This document shows positions 10,183-20,338 of a stretch of 64,000 nt of DNA, piece by piece. This DNA comes from Leptonemataceae bacterium. GTDB taxonomy: Bacteria > Spirochaetota > Leptospiria > Leptospirales > Leptonemataceae. The position numbers were made by a program, and so were the translations under genes. Each line of letters opens with the position of its first letter. The first letter of the stretch is position 1. The notes beneath the pieces were generated by a model. The model searched no databases. It saw only the letters and a program-made list of their open reading frames with translations, and was not told where the DNA came from. The stretch is taken from assembly GCA_965227295.1 (NCBI GenBank), contig OZ245742.1, positions 2,400,001 to 2,464,000 on the forward strand, in the 5' to 3' direction.

Positions 10183-10623
10183 TCACGGGGCCGGGCAATC
10201 GGTGCGGGTGTAGGCAAAGGCGCCGGCGATGAGCCGATCACCCTGCCGTTGCCAGGTTTCGGAGGTGGTGCGGTCGGTATTGCCGGCGACGGTGGTGATG
10301 GAAAGCTGGAGGCTGTCCCCGGAAAGCTCGCCTTCCAGGGTACGGCGGTACTCCGCCACGTATCCGGCCCCGGGGTTCGAGACGGAGCCCTGGAGCTCGC
10401 CCTGGATTGTTGCCTTGCCCGAGGAACCCGGCGTTACGACGAGTCGCACCGTTTCTTTGACCGAGGTGGCTTCGCGTACGTAGCAAAGATGCACCGGTTC
10501 CTGGTCGGCGGAAGAACCCCGGGGCGGCGGCGGGACGGAGTCGTTGCAGGCCGGTACGAACATCGTAACGAAGAGCAACAGACTAAGTTTCGATAAAAAG
10601 GAGTTAGCATTCGGACAGGGCAT
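10183..10623 (-). CDS. Hypothetical lipoprotein
   Basis: Hydrophobic stretch then VPAC lipobox-like site; start uncertain. Confidence 0.5.
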   Translation of the reverse strand: MPCPNANSFLSKLSLLLFVTMFVPACNDSVPPPPRGSSADQEPVHLCYVREATSVKETVRLVVTPGSSGKATIQGELQGSVSNPGAGYVAEYRRTLEGELSGDSLQLSITTVAGNTDRTTSETWQRQGDRLIAGAFAYTRTDCPAP

Positions 10624-10731
10624 GACGAACCTCACGGTTCGAACATACACCCGGGCCCGGCGACGGTCCATAGGAATCCGTCGTCCCGCGGCTTCCCGGA
10701 GAGAAAGCCGCGGGAATCGGTAAGATTGTGC

Positions 10732-11145
10732 TCAGTAGGCGTAGCCGTAGGTATCACTGATCATCGGTGTGAGGATGAACGAGAACGGCGGGAAGATCCA
10801 CCACAGATTGGTGGCGGTCATGTTCGTGATTTCGCTTTTCGAAGAACCGCGCTCCCGCGTTTCCCGGGTGAACTCCGATACGCTGCCTTCCACGCTGGCA
10901 TCGCCTACCAGCGGTCGGTAGCCGAACAGAACATGCAGGGCGTAGTTGGTTGTGTTCACATAGGCCTTCGGGCGACCTTCCGGTGTTACGTTGCCGCTAA
11001 AATTCGTGGCCACGCTGGAGGTGCTGCAGGCCCCGAGAAAAACGACGACGCAGACCAGAGCGGCAAGAATGCGCAACCGGTGCAAGAAGCCGGAGGATCG
11101 GAATTGCGAGGTTGTGTCGGAAAAAGGGAAAGATTTGCGAGTCAT
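10732..11145 (-). CDS. Lipoprotein, possibly distantly TRL-like
   Basis: LGAC lipobox; GDASVE segment resembles GDASIE in the TRL-like proteins at 55862-56898. Confidence 0.6.
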   Translation of the reverse strand: MTRKSFPFSDTTSQFRSSGFLHRLRILAALVCVVVFLGACSTSSVATNFSGNVTPEGRPKAYVNTTNYALHVLFGYRPLVGDASVEGSVSEFTRETRERGSSKSEITNMTATNLWWIFPPFSFILTPMISDTYGYAY

Positions 11146-11227
11146 AACTTGCTCCTGAAGAGATACTCCAGGATCGGGGCGGGAGCGTCCGGACGCATCA
11201 AAAAAAGCGCAGGATTCATGGAAAGCC

Positions 11228-11803
11228 TCAGTTCGTGCCGCTGAGGTACTTCATGCGACTTTCAATGATCAGCTTGGAGAGCAGGATCGCCGCGTTGCGG
11301 GCGCGGTCCGCGGCGCGATGGCGGTCGCCTTCCAGCGGCAGATTCAGCGTGCGCAGGATTTCTACGAGTCCGACTTCCTGGCCCAGCGCGCGAAAGACCG
11401 CGGCCATGGTTTTGATGTTGATGTGAGACGCGCCGAAAGGATAGGCGGCGGCGTCGCGTCGGCACTGCTTCTTAATCACGCGGCGAATCTGGTTTCCATA
11501 GCTCGTCCACGGACGATGGCGGCAGAGATAATCCTGTTCCAGGGCGGCGCAGGCAGCGCCGAATTCCAGGCCGCGTTCGGCATCTTCCGGTGTAATGCCG
11601 GTAAGACTGGTGCACAGCGGACTCACGCTGGACCGCCGCGGCTTTACAATGATGCTGCGTTTATCGAGGATGCGTCCGCTGCGAACCTCCAGGGGGCAGA
11701 CCCCGATCTCGATGATTTCCGAAACCTGGCCGGGCGGCGGATCACCGGGCCAGCAGGTCATGGAAAGATCTATCGCAATCACCTGATCCAGAATCTTGTA
11801 CAT
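11228..11803 (-). CDS. DEDDh 3'-5' exonuclease family protein (ERI-1/KapD-like) with degenerate catalytic motifs
   Basis: IDLSMTCW, EIIEIG, VKP..S..CTSLTGIT, HINIK, LEGDRHRAADRARN. Confidence 0.8.
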   Translation of the reverse strand: MYKILDQVIAIDLSMTCWPGDPPPGQVSEIIEIGVCPLEVRSGRILDKRSIIVKPRRSSVSPLCTSLTGITPEDAERGLEFGAACAALEQDYLCRHRPWTSYGNQIRRVIKKQCRRDAAAYPFGASHINIKTMAAVFRALGQEVGLVEILRTLNLPLEGDRHRAADRARNAAILLSKLIIESRMKYLSGTN

Positions 11804-12155
11804 AGTCGCGCGGAGATTCGACCGGCGCCGGCGGCCTCCACTTTCAGTTTCCGCTTTGAGTGCGAGTTTCACAACCACTTTCCAGGCTGTCGGGGCGCTA
11901 CATTCCACCGACCGGAGTCTGTCCAAAATGAAAGAACGCCTCGCAAATATCGTCTCAGCGGGCTTTGAGTTACCGAAGCCGGGGCTTCCGCTGATCGAAC
12001 AGCTGCAGTACCTGATCGATCAGTGTCTGCCGGGCACCCTCGGCGTGCTCCCCATTACGATTTGATTTGTGATATTCTCAATGAAGCGGGCAAACGCGTT
12101 GCGCAGGGACGCTACAAATATACGCTGTCCAGAAGTTAAGAGCGCGATTGTGACT

Positions 12156-13340
12156 TCAGATGTACTCGTCTTTGTCTTTCTTGATGACGAGTGCGCCTTC
12201 TTCGTCGAGGCGGCGCGCGGAGTTCAGAATATAGGCGCGGGCGTCGTTGATCTCGCGGATGGATAACGGGCCGCGGCGATCGATCTCTTCCAGAATGTCC
12301 GCCGCACGATTCTGAGACATGGAGTTGAAGAAGTGCCGGCGAATGTCGTCGCCGGCGCCGCGCAGGGCCGCGGCCATGATTTCGTCGTCGCCCACCCGGG
12401 CGATCAGGAGACGCATCTCTTTGTGGTCCAGGGCTGTAAGTTCTTCGAAGGTGTAGAGACGGTCGCGGACGTTGTCGACCAGGTTCGGAGCGGCCTTGCC
12501 CAGGACATCCAGGATCTCGTCCTCGTCCCGGCGTTCCATCTGGTTGAGGATGTTCGCCAGGGTATCCGCGCCGCCGACCTCGGAATAGATTTCGGACGTG
12601 CGTTTTTCGAACTTTTCGCGCAGCACCCGGGCCACGCGTTGCACCGCCTCCGGATGAATGCGCGCGGTCTTCGCGATGCGCAGGGCCGTCTCCGAACGAA
12701 AGTCCGCGGGTAGATGGCGCATGACCGCCGCCGCGATCTTCGGCTTGAGGAACGACAGCGCCACCGCGGCGATCTGGTGGTGTTCCTGGGACAGGGTCGA
12801 CGCCAGGACCGGCGCATCGATGCGTTCCAGGAATTCGAAGTCGCGGTAGAGATCGTGCTGAGAAATGCGTCCGATGATTTCATTCGCCACGTCTTCGCCG
12901 TGGCTTAACTGTAGAATTTTCTTCGCGGCCTCGGTGCCGCCGCGCACCGGCTCGTCGAAGTCTTTGACGACGGTATCAAAATGTGCGAGGATTGCTTTTT
13001 TTTCGTCAGCGCTGATGCGGTCAATGCCGGCCATCTCGCCGACCAGGCGCTCGATCTCCGCGGGCTCAAGCTCTTTGAGAATGCCGGCGGCCTGGTCCGG
13101 TCCCAGGGCCAGCAGCAATCGCGCCGCCCGGCCGATGCCGGGGAGGCGTTCCATGTCTTCGATGTTCGGCCGGCCCGCGAGACCCGACGGACCACTGCCG
13201 CGGACCTGGGCGCGCAGGGCATTCAGTAAGCCGCCTTCGCCGACCGTGAGGTCCACGTTGGAACCAGTTTGCTTGCCGGATTTGGCGGACTGGCCCGCGC
13301 CGGCCTTGCCGCCCTGGGATTTCTTGCGCGCCGCTGCCAT
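12156..13340 (-). CDS. fliG: Flagellar motor switch protein FliG (stand-alone copy)
   Basis: AARLLLALG, GG..AAKKIL, EHHQIAAVALS, GGADTLANILN, YTFEEL, NSMSQNRA. Confidence 0.9.
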   Translation of the reverse strand: MAAARKKSQGGKAGAGQSAKSGKQTGSNVDLTVGEGGLLNALRAQVRGSGPSGLAGRPNIEDMERLPGIGRAARLLLALGPDQAAGILKELEPAEIERLVGEMAGIDRISADEKKAILAHFDTVVKDFDEPVRGGTEAAKKILQLSHGEDVANEIIGRISQHDLYRDFEFLERIDAPVLASTLSQEHHQIAAVALSFLKPKIAAAVMRHLPADFRSETALRIAKTARIHPEAVQRVARVLREKFEKRTSEIYSEVGGADTLANILNQMERRDEDEILDVLGKAAPNLVDNVRDRLYTFEELTALDHKEMRLLIARVGDDEIMAAALRGAGDDIRRHFFNSMSQNRAADILEEIDRRGPLSIREINDARAYILNSARRLDEEGALVIKKDKDEYI

Positions 13341-13427
13341 CGGTCAGTAATGTGACATAATCCCACTCCTGGCAAGCAGAATTGTACGCTTTCACAGGAG
13401 GCAGAGAGGATGCGAGATAGTTCCTCA

Positions 13428-14156
13428 CTACTTCTCATCTTTCCGTATATTCTTCCCCGTCTCACAGTACGCTTGCAACGGGCACTCCCCACACTTCGGA
13501 TTTCGCGGCCGGCAAACCAACGCGGACAGATCGATGATGGCCAGGTTCAAGGCCTGGCAGTGTTTCGAGTCCACGAACCGATCGGCCAGATGAAGGATGT
13601 CCCTGTCGCGGCGCGACTCGGCGTGATGAGGCAGGCCGTGCACGCGCGCGATGAAGCGCGCCACGTTCGCGTCCACGGCCGCCACACGCTCGTTCCACAG
13701 GCGAGTGCGAATCATGGCCCCGGAGTACGGTCCGACGCCTGGAATCGCTTCGAGATCGTCGCCGCGCCGCGGTCCGCCGGGTCCGTAGTGATCGCGGAGG
13801 TAGTGCAGGGTTTCGCGCATTTGTTTGCCGCGCCAGTGGAGGCCCAGGGGTTTCAGCATGCGTTCCACGCGCGACCAGGGAATCTCCAGGGCCTCGCCTG
13901 GCGTGCGAAACGATTCGGTGAAGTCCGCGTAGACCCGTGCGGCCTGATCGGCCCGGGTACGTCGGAGCATCATTTCGGCCATCAATAAATGAAACCAGTT
14001 GCCGGTCTTGCGCCAGGGATAGTCGCGTCCGGCCTCGCGAAACCATTGCAGCAATCGTCGGCGCAGCTCCCGCAGATGCGGGGTGATGTCTCGTTTTACG
14101 GCCGCCGTCGCGTTGCGGGGTGACGTTTTTTTGTTTCCATCTTCGCGGCGTCCCAT
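13428..14156 (-). CDS. HhH-GPD DNA glycosylase with [4Fe-4S] FCL motif, Mig (T:G mismatch)-like
   Basis: RDYPWR, EMMLRRT (MutY has LQQT), IPGVGPY, VDANV, CRPRNPKCGECPLQAYC; no C-terminal MutT-like domain. Confidence 0.8.
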   Translation of the reverse strand: MGRREDGNKKTSPRNATAAVKRDITPHLRELRRRLLQWFREAGRDYPWRKTGNWFHLLMAEMMLRRTRADQAARVYADFTESFRTPGEALEIPWSRVERMLKPLGLHWRGKQMRETLHYLRDHYGPGGPRRGDDLEAIPGVGPYSGAMIRTRLWNERVAAVDANVARFIARVHGLPHHAESRRDRDILHLADRFVDSKHCQALNLAIIDLSALVCRPRNPKCGECPLQAYCETGKNIRKDEK

Positions 14157-14234
14157 AAGTATCTCAGAAGCCCTGCACTCGCTAACAAGAATCTAACTGA
14201 ATCTTCGCGAATGTGAAATCCGGCTCCGCCATCC

Positions 14235-16025
14235 ATGACCGATCATCCTTTCACCAGTATGGACTCCGCTTCGTACCATTCCGATCGCTCCGGTCGCATT
14301 CTGGTCGTGGACGATAATCCTGCGGGGCGTCAGCTTTTGGTACGGCGGCTCACTTCTCTGGGCTACGAGGTCGACAGCGCCGAAAGCGGTCAGGAGGCCA
14401 TCGACGCCGTCGACCGCAAGGGTTATGATCTGGTGCTGCTGGACATCATCATGCCGGACATGTCCGGCATGGACGTCCTCCAGGTCCTCCGCGCCACTTA
14501 TTCGGAGATCGAGTTGCCGGTCATTATGGTTTCGGCCCTCGACGAAAGTTCGAATATTGCGGAGGCGCTGAACCACGGCGCCAACGATTACATTACCAAG
14601 CCCATCGACGTCATCATCGCCCGCGCACGCATTCGTACGCACCTGCGCCTCAAGCGTGCCGAAGAAGCCGTGCGCCGCGTGGACGCTTCCACCGGTCTCG
14701 CCAACAAGCTCCTGTTCACCGAACGTTGCAACCAGGCCTTTGCGTCCGCGCGGGAATTCGAAGGCGAGTTTACCGTGATGGTCTTCGGGGTGGATCGTTT
14801 CGAGCAATTCATGGAGTCCCTGGGCCTGGGCTCCGAAGAAGAGTTCGCCATGCTCGTGGCCGAACGTCTGCGCAAGGTCGTCCGTCAGGCGGATACCATC
14901 GCCCGGTTGTCGCGCCAGGACTTTGCCGTGTTGTTTCAGGACGGCCCGCAATCGCCGTCGGTACTGCGCGCCGTCGAAGAAATTCAAAACGGGCTGCGGG
15001 AACCCTTCGTCGTGGCCGGCAAAGAAATCACCAGCGGCGTGAGCGCCGGCGTGGCCTTCTACGCACCGAACAAACACTACGAGCGCGCCGAAGACGTGGC
15101 CCGGGACGCCACCATCGCCCGCAATCGCGCCCGGGACCTGGGCGGAGATCGTTCCGTCATTTTCGACGGCGAGATGCACGCCGCCGCCAGTCGTTTGTTG
15201 CAAACGGAGATCGATTTGCGCGCGGCCTTACAAAAGAACGAGCTCGTTGTATTTTATCAGCCCATCGTTTCGGCCGCCGACGGATCCGTGAACGGTTTTG
15301 AAGCGTTGATTCGCTGGAAGCATCCGCATCGCGGTCTGGTCTCGCCGGGAGATTTCATACCCCTGGCCGAGGAGACCGGGTTGATCATTCCCCTGGGCGA
15401 GTACGTGCTCACCGAGGTCTGTCGCCGGTTGAGGCAATGGCAGGGTTCACCGCTGGAGCGGCTCTTCGTGGCGGTGAACGTCTCCGCCCGGCAGTTCATG
15501 GACGCGGCCCCGCTTCGACGCATCAAAGACATTCTTCGCGAACACAAGGACGTGCTGCCGCACCTTAAAATGGAAGTGACCGAAAGCACGGCCATGCACG
15601 ACCTCGACTACAGTCGCCGCACTCTGAACGACTTCCGGGAGATGGGCGTGAGCCTGAGCATTGACGACTTCGGCACCGGCTACTCATCGCTTACGATGCT
15701 CAAGCAACTGCCGATCCAGACCGTTAAGATCGATCGATCTTTCGTTAAGGATTTACGCGGCCGTGGCGACGACCGCGCCATCATCCAGGCGATTCTGGAA
15801 CTTTCGAAGACCCTGGGACTGAACGTCATTGCCGAGGGCGTTGAGGATGAGTGGCAGGTGCGTTTCCTGGGCGGCATTCGCTGCGACGAGTTCCAGGGAT
15901 TTCTGTTTTCGCCGCCGCTGCCCTTCGATGAGGCCGAGGTTTACGTGCAAAACGGCCGCCGGCTGCCCACGAGCGCCGCCGGAGACGGCGGCGCGGATGG
16001 TTCAGGCGATCTTGCGTCGGCGTGA
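14235..16025 (+). CDS. REC-GGDEF(degenerate)-EAL c-di-GMP phosphodiesterase response regulator
   Basis: REC (VVDD, LLDIIMP, KP); GGDEF position reads SRQDF; EAL motifs YQPIV, EAL, VNVS, EVTE, DDFGTGYSS, KID, AEGVE, QG intact. Confidence 0.9.
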   Translation: MTDHPFTSMDSASYHSDRSGRILVVDDNPAGRQLLVRRLTSLGYEVDSAESGQEAIDAVDRKGYDLVLLDIIMPDMSGMDVLQVLRATYSEIELPVIMVSALDESSNIAEALNHGANDYITKPIDVIIARARIRTHLRLKRAEEAVRRVDASTGLANKLLFTERCNQAFASAREFEGEFTVMVFGVDRFEQFMESLGLGSEEEFAMLVAERLRKVVRQADTIARLSRQDFAVLFQDGPQSPSVLRAVEEIQNGLREPFVVAGKEITSGVSAGVAFYAPNKHYERAEDVARDATIARNRARDLGGDRSVIFDGEMHAAASRLLQTEIDLRAALQKNELVVFYQPIVSAADGSVNGFEALIRWKHPHRGLVSPGDFIPLAEETGLIIPLGEYVLTEVCRRLRQWQGSPLERLFVAVNVSARQFMDAAPLRRIKDILREHKDVLPHLKMEVTESTAMHDLDYSRRTLNDFREMGVSLSIDDFGTGYSSLTMLKQLPIQTVKIDRSFVKDLRGRGDDRAIIQAILELSKTLGLNVIAEGVEDEWQVRFLGGIRCDEFQGFLFSPPLPFDEAEVYVQNGRRLPTSAAGDGGADGSGDLASA

Positions 16026-17096
16026 GCCGCTGCTCTTCGCTTTGCCCTTCGAGCCCTTTGCGGATTTTTCACTAACGTTACGCGAAGATGACTTAACCTG
16101 GCCGCGGGTTTGCAACGGGGTCTTTTGCACGTTTTCGCGACCGATGAGGGCTTCCATGACGCCGAAGGCCACGGCCTGGGCCACGGGCACCGCCACGGCG
16201 TTGCCGAACTGTTTGTAGGCCTGGGTGTCCGAGACGACGATGTCGTAGTCCTCGGGAAAACCCATGAGCCGCGCGCATTCTCGCGGCGTGAGCCGACGGG
16301 GGTTGCTGTTCTTCACGGGGACGAGAATCTCGGAGCCGTCTTTGTAATACCGTGCGGAAAGCGTGCGGGCGATGCCGTCCGGTTCCACCATGCCGAAGCC
16401 GAAACCGTGGCCGGCCTTGCGGTGTTTTTCTTTGTAGGCCTGCAAGTAATTCCAGAGCCGGTCGCTGAGGACGTAGCGCTCGTCGAACTTTTCTTCGAGG
16501 ATGTCGGCGATGCGCGGTTCACGTTCCCGGGCGAGTTCCGGAAAACGAAACGTGCGGGCCGCGGCCTTGTCGCGAAAACCGACCAGGAAGATGCGCTCAC
16601 GATTCTGAGGCAGAACCTTCGCCGCATTCAGGATACGGTAGTCCATGTAGTAGCCGAGTTCGTCGGCCAGGGTCCGCCGGATGATTTCAAAGGTGCGTCC
16701 GCCGTCATGATAGACGAGGTTCTTGACGTTCTCCAGAACGAACGCCTTCGGTCGCCGGTCGCGTAAAATGCGCGCGACTTCAAAGAAGAGCGTGCCCTGG
16801 GTTTTGTCGAGGAAGCCGTGGGCCCGGCCGAGGGCGTTCTTCTTGCTCACGCCCGCAATCGAAAAGGCCTGGCAGGGGAAACCCGCCGTAAGCACGTCGA
16901 AGTTCGGGATGTCCGTCGAGGCGACCTCCCGGATGTCCCCGGTGGGTTCGTCCCCGAAGTTGGCCGAGTAGGTCTTCCGGGCGAACCGGTCCCACTCGCT
17001 GGAAAATACGCACTGGAGTCCCAGGGATTCGAAGGCTAACCGGAAGCCGCCGATCCCGGCAAAAAGGTCTATAAAACGCATACCGCCGTTCCGCAT
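16002..17096 (-). CDS. dcm: DNA (cytosine-5)-methyltransferase, Dcm/M.EcoRII-like
   Basis: FAGIGG, GFPCQ, GVSKKNALGRAHGF, ENV, QNRERIF, TLSARYYKDGSEIL, RRLTPRECARLMGF, YKQFGNAV; start 17096 or 17081. Confidence 0.92.
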   Translation of the reverse strand: MRNGGMRFIDLFAGIGGFRLAFESLGLQCVFSSEWDRFARKTYSANFGDEPTGDIREVASTDIPNFDVLTAGFPCQAFSIAGVSKKNALGRAHGFLDKTQGTLFFEVARILRDRRPKAFVLENVKNLVYHDGGRTFEIIRRTLADELGYYMDYRILNAAKVLPQNRERIFLVGFRDKAAARTFRFPELAREREPRIADILEEKFDERYVLSDRLWNYLQAYKEKHRKAGHGFGFGMVEPDGIARTLSARYYKDGSEILVPVKNSNPRRLTPRECARLMGFPEDYDIVVSDTQAYKQFGNAVAVPVAQAVAFGVMEALIGRENVQKTPLQTRGQVKSSSRNVSEKSAKGSKGKAKSSGSRRRKIA

Positions 17097-17249
17097 CGTC
17101 ACTGTAGTATTAGAATCGGCCGGTTTCGCGATTTGCCCGCGCAAATTCCTGCGACCGCCGCCGCCGATTAAGATAGAGTCGTCCGTCATTCGGTTCATGT
17201 CATCCTCCCAACGCGCACACTATAGCACGGGGGTGTGACATTATTTGTT

Positions 17250-17421
17250 ACTCCGAGGACCGAGAGGCCGAGGAAGACAAAAAAATTTACCACCGAGACG
17301 CCGGGGATACCGAGTTGAAGACGGGAGCAATCATCTTGTAAACATTCGGCGCTCATTGCCCGCCAGCCTTCGTACTCCACCAGATCTCCACATCTTCCCT
17401 CGAAGCCTCGGACCTCGGAGT
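17250..17421. repeat. Intergenic element with ~24-bp imperfect inverted arms (copy A)
   Basis: ACTCCGAGGACCGAGAGGCCGAGG (17250-17273) ... CCTCGAAGCCTCGGACCTCGGAGT (17398-17421). Confidence 0.75.
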
Positions 17422-17435
17422 CGCTCTTTCTTCTA

Positions 17436-19978
17436 TTAAAGTCCCAGCTCGTTCATCTGGTATCTCAGCCGGTTGCGCTTCATGCCCAGCATTTCCGCGG
17501 CCTTCGTTTTGTTGCCGTTCGTCCGCCGCAGCGCGTCCTCGATCAGCGCCCGGGAGTAGGATTGCAGGGCCTCGTCGAAGTTCGGTGGTGTCGCGTTCAT
17601 GTCAGGGGCGGCCGCGGTGAATACCGCGGGCCGGCCGGAACTCAGGGCTGCGACGGGCGCCACGGCGGAGCGGGATGCCTCGCGGACGGACGCCGGCAGA
17701 TGCTCCACGCCGATGTGAGCCGGGTCCGCGCGGTCGGCGGCCAGGGCCTGCATCAACACGTTTTCGAGTTCACGGATGTTGCCCGGCCAGCGGTAGGTCA
17801 GCAGCGCGGCGAGGGCTCGATCGTCGGGTTCCACGGGAGCGAGCCCCGTTTCTTCGCAGAAGTTCTTCAGAATAAAATCCACGAGCACGGGAATGTCCCG
17901 GCTCCGTTCCCGGAGGGGTGGTACATGGACGTGCAGGACGTTGATGCGGTACAGCAAATCCTCGCGGAACGTGCCCGCCTGGACCATGGTCGGCAGGTCG
18001 CGGTTGGTGGCGAAGATGAAACGACAGTCCGCCGGGCGCATCTCGGTCCCGCCGACGGGATGATACTGTCGCTCCTGTAAGAGGCGCAGGAGCTTCGCCT
18101 GCATTTCCAGCGGCAGCTCGCCGACCTCGTCGAAGAAGAGCGATCCGCCCGCGGCCTCGGCGACGCGGCCGGCCCGGGCGTTGCGCGCGTCGGTGAAAGC
18201 GCCCTTCACGTGGCCGAAGATCTCATCTTCCCAGAGCGTCGCCGGCACGGCGGCGCAGTTCACCGCGACGAACGGTCCGGCATCCCGGGGCTGTGTTTGC
18301 GCTTCCTGATCATCGTCGTTCGCCGTGTTGTCGTTGGAAAAGTGGATGAGCCGGGCGACCAGTTCCTTGCCGGTTCCGGTTTCTCCGGTAATGAGGATGG
18401 GCCGCTCGAACTCAGCGTAACGATGGGTGCGGCGAATCACTTCGCGCATGGCCGGGCTGGCCGTTACCAGGTTGCGGTCGCCGACGGAATGGATGATGGT
18501 TTGAGACTCGTCGTCTCCTGCGATGATGCGTTCGATCTCGTCGATGTGCTCGCTGTACTCGGTGTAGCGGTCCCGGGCGTTCTTCAGTACCCGCAACATG
18601 CCGGCGAAGGATTTCGAGAGGGCTACGAGCTCATCCCCTTCGATGTGCGTTGTCTCGTCCGCGACGTCCGGCTGATTGCGGCGTAGTTGGCCGAGGAGGC
18701 GCCGCAGGGGACGCGTCACCGTTTCCCGAAAGAGCAACGGGAATACCACTAACATGAACACGGTTGATGCCAGTACGGCCAGGCAGTACTCCAGGGCGAC
18801 GGCGTGGATCCGCGCGCGATAGTTGTCGTAGCTGAAGCCGTACTCCCGGCTGTCGTCGCGAAAAAAGACGAACGGCCGGCCGGCGATCCAGCGATACGAG
18901 CGTTGGAGTTTTTGAATGGGCGGTGCGCCCACGGCCGGCGGCAGAGTGGATGCCGTTTCCGATAGGCCGGCGTCCGCGGTCCAGAGTTCGGCCAGGGACT
19001 CCCCGGCCTGAACGGCATCGCTCCGTTCGAAGACGACGCGCCCGCGGTCGGTGTTGTTGCCGGGAAGTTCGATGACATATTCCAGGATCGACGGGGCCAG
19101 ACGTTCCAGGGGAACGGCCGCTTCCAGCAACTGCCCGGCGACGTGCACGTCTTCCAGGCGTTCGCGGTTGTACTGCTGTTCTTCACGCTGAATGGCCCGC
19201 ATGCCCAGGATCGAGAGCAGGGACATGATGGCCACGAGGGAGATGCCCACCAGCTTTACAATGAACGAAGACGGTTCGCTGGAAGTGTTTAAGTAGAACA
19301 AAACGTAGAGCGAAAAGATCAGCAGGAAGCCGGAGTTCTCCAGGAGGTTCACCGTTTGTCGGGAGCCGAAGCCCAGGGTCAGCAATACAAACAAGATCGG
19401 GATGGCGAGTTCGAGCAACGTCAGTACAAAGAAGGCGAGCGCCGGGCGATTGAAGCGCGAGTTCCCCGAACCGCGCAGGGCCTGGCGGCCGAGTACGATC
19501 AGCCCCCAGACAAAAGTGATCGCAACCAACGCCGGAATGTACGCGGAGTAGTAGGTACTCTCGTAGTTGTGATTCTGAAAGTTGTAGCGTACTTCCGCGA
19601 GACTTGCGCGCACGGCGTAGTCGCCGAAGGCCAGCACCGCGGCCGCGGCGGTGACGAAGAGGACGATGCGCGCCTCCCGCGGCCAGGCCGGCGACGGCAA
19701 GCGGTAGGCGAACTGGATTTTGAAGATCATGCCGAACAGGACGGCGGCCGCGGCATACCAGCCGGCGGTGCCCCAGGGAGCGTTGATGGAAAAACCAAAG
19801 AGCGAGCCCAGGTTGTAGACGCTGAAGATCAAAAAGAACCCGGCGAGCCAGTAGGTGCGCGTGGTCTTCTTCGGCAGGGACAGCAGATAGAATGCGCTCA
19901 GCAGGGTGAACAGCGTCGGCGTTAACCGGCCGAACGAGCTGGCAGTGAGTGAGATCGCGTCGACAATGAGGAACATAT
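17436..19978 (-). CDS. Membrane-bound sigma-54-dependent enhancer-binding protein (multi-TM sensor, HAMP-like, AAA+, HTH)
   Basis: About 8 N-terminal TMs plus a further TM; GETGTGKE, GAFTDA, FFDEVGE, FREDLLYR, WPGNIRELEN, Fis-type HTH GNKTKAAEMLG; start approximate. Confidence 0.9.
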
Positions 19979-20103
19979 GCCGCCAGTTTTTTGCCGGTGC
20001 CCGAATCTCTGCCGCCAAAAATTCGTCGGTCAGTCTTTTTCTACATACAGGTGCGTCGCGTTGATGCGGTGCGTGTCTGTTTTTGCGCCAGGGATTGGAA
20101 GGG

Positions 20104-20121
20104 TTGCGCCGGGAGGCGCAA
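20104..20121. promoter_or_regulatory. Candidate upstream activator sequence
   Basis: Perfect inverted repeat TTGCGCC-GGGA-GGCGCAA about 140 bp upstream of the sigma-54 site, with a further TTGCGCC half-site at 20083. Confidence 0.4.
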
Positions 20122-20260
20122 GTCCGGAGCGCGCAGCGCGCAGGACCGGAGCGATAGCGGAGCCCTGGAAAGCCCGCCGGGCCGCCGCCTCCGCGGCGCG
20201 GCGGCCCGGGGCGCCCAAATGCTCGTGTTCCAGGTCCTTGATTCTATTTGGTTTTTTGGA

Positions 20261-20276
20261 TGGCACACCTCTTGCA
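20261..20276 (+). promoter_or_regulatory. Sigma-54 (-24/-12) promoter
   Basis: TGGCAC-ACCTC-TTGCA matches the TGGCAC-N5-TTGCW consensus; adjacent to a divergent bEBP gene. Confidence 0.85.
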
Positions 20277-20338
20277 AATGTCCCGCGTACGGCAGTCGTG
20301 AACCGCCGTGAAAATAACAAATACCAGGAAGGGAATTC

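Noticed and set aside
11960..12053. TPP riboswitch or SRP RNA assignment for the intergenic hairpin
   Set aside because: ACCTGATC and TCAGG..GCAGC fragments are present, but the other required motifs (CTGAGA in the correct order; the GNRA-capped SRP helix) are missing
16002..17436. Complete type II restriction-modification system
   Set aside because: No endonuclease ORF adjacent; the flanks are an EAL gene and a short intergenic element
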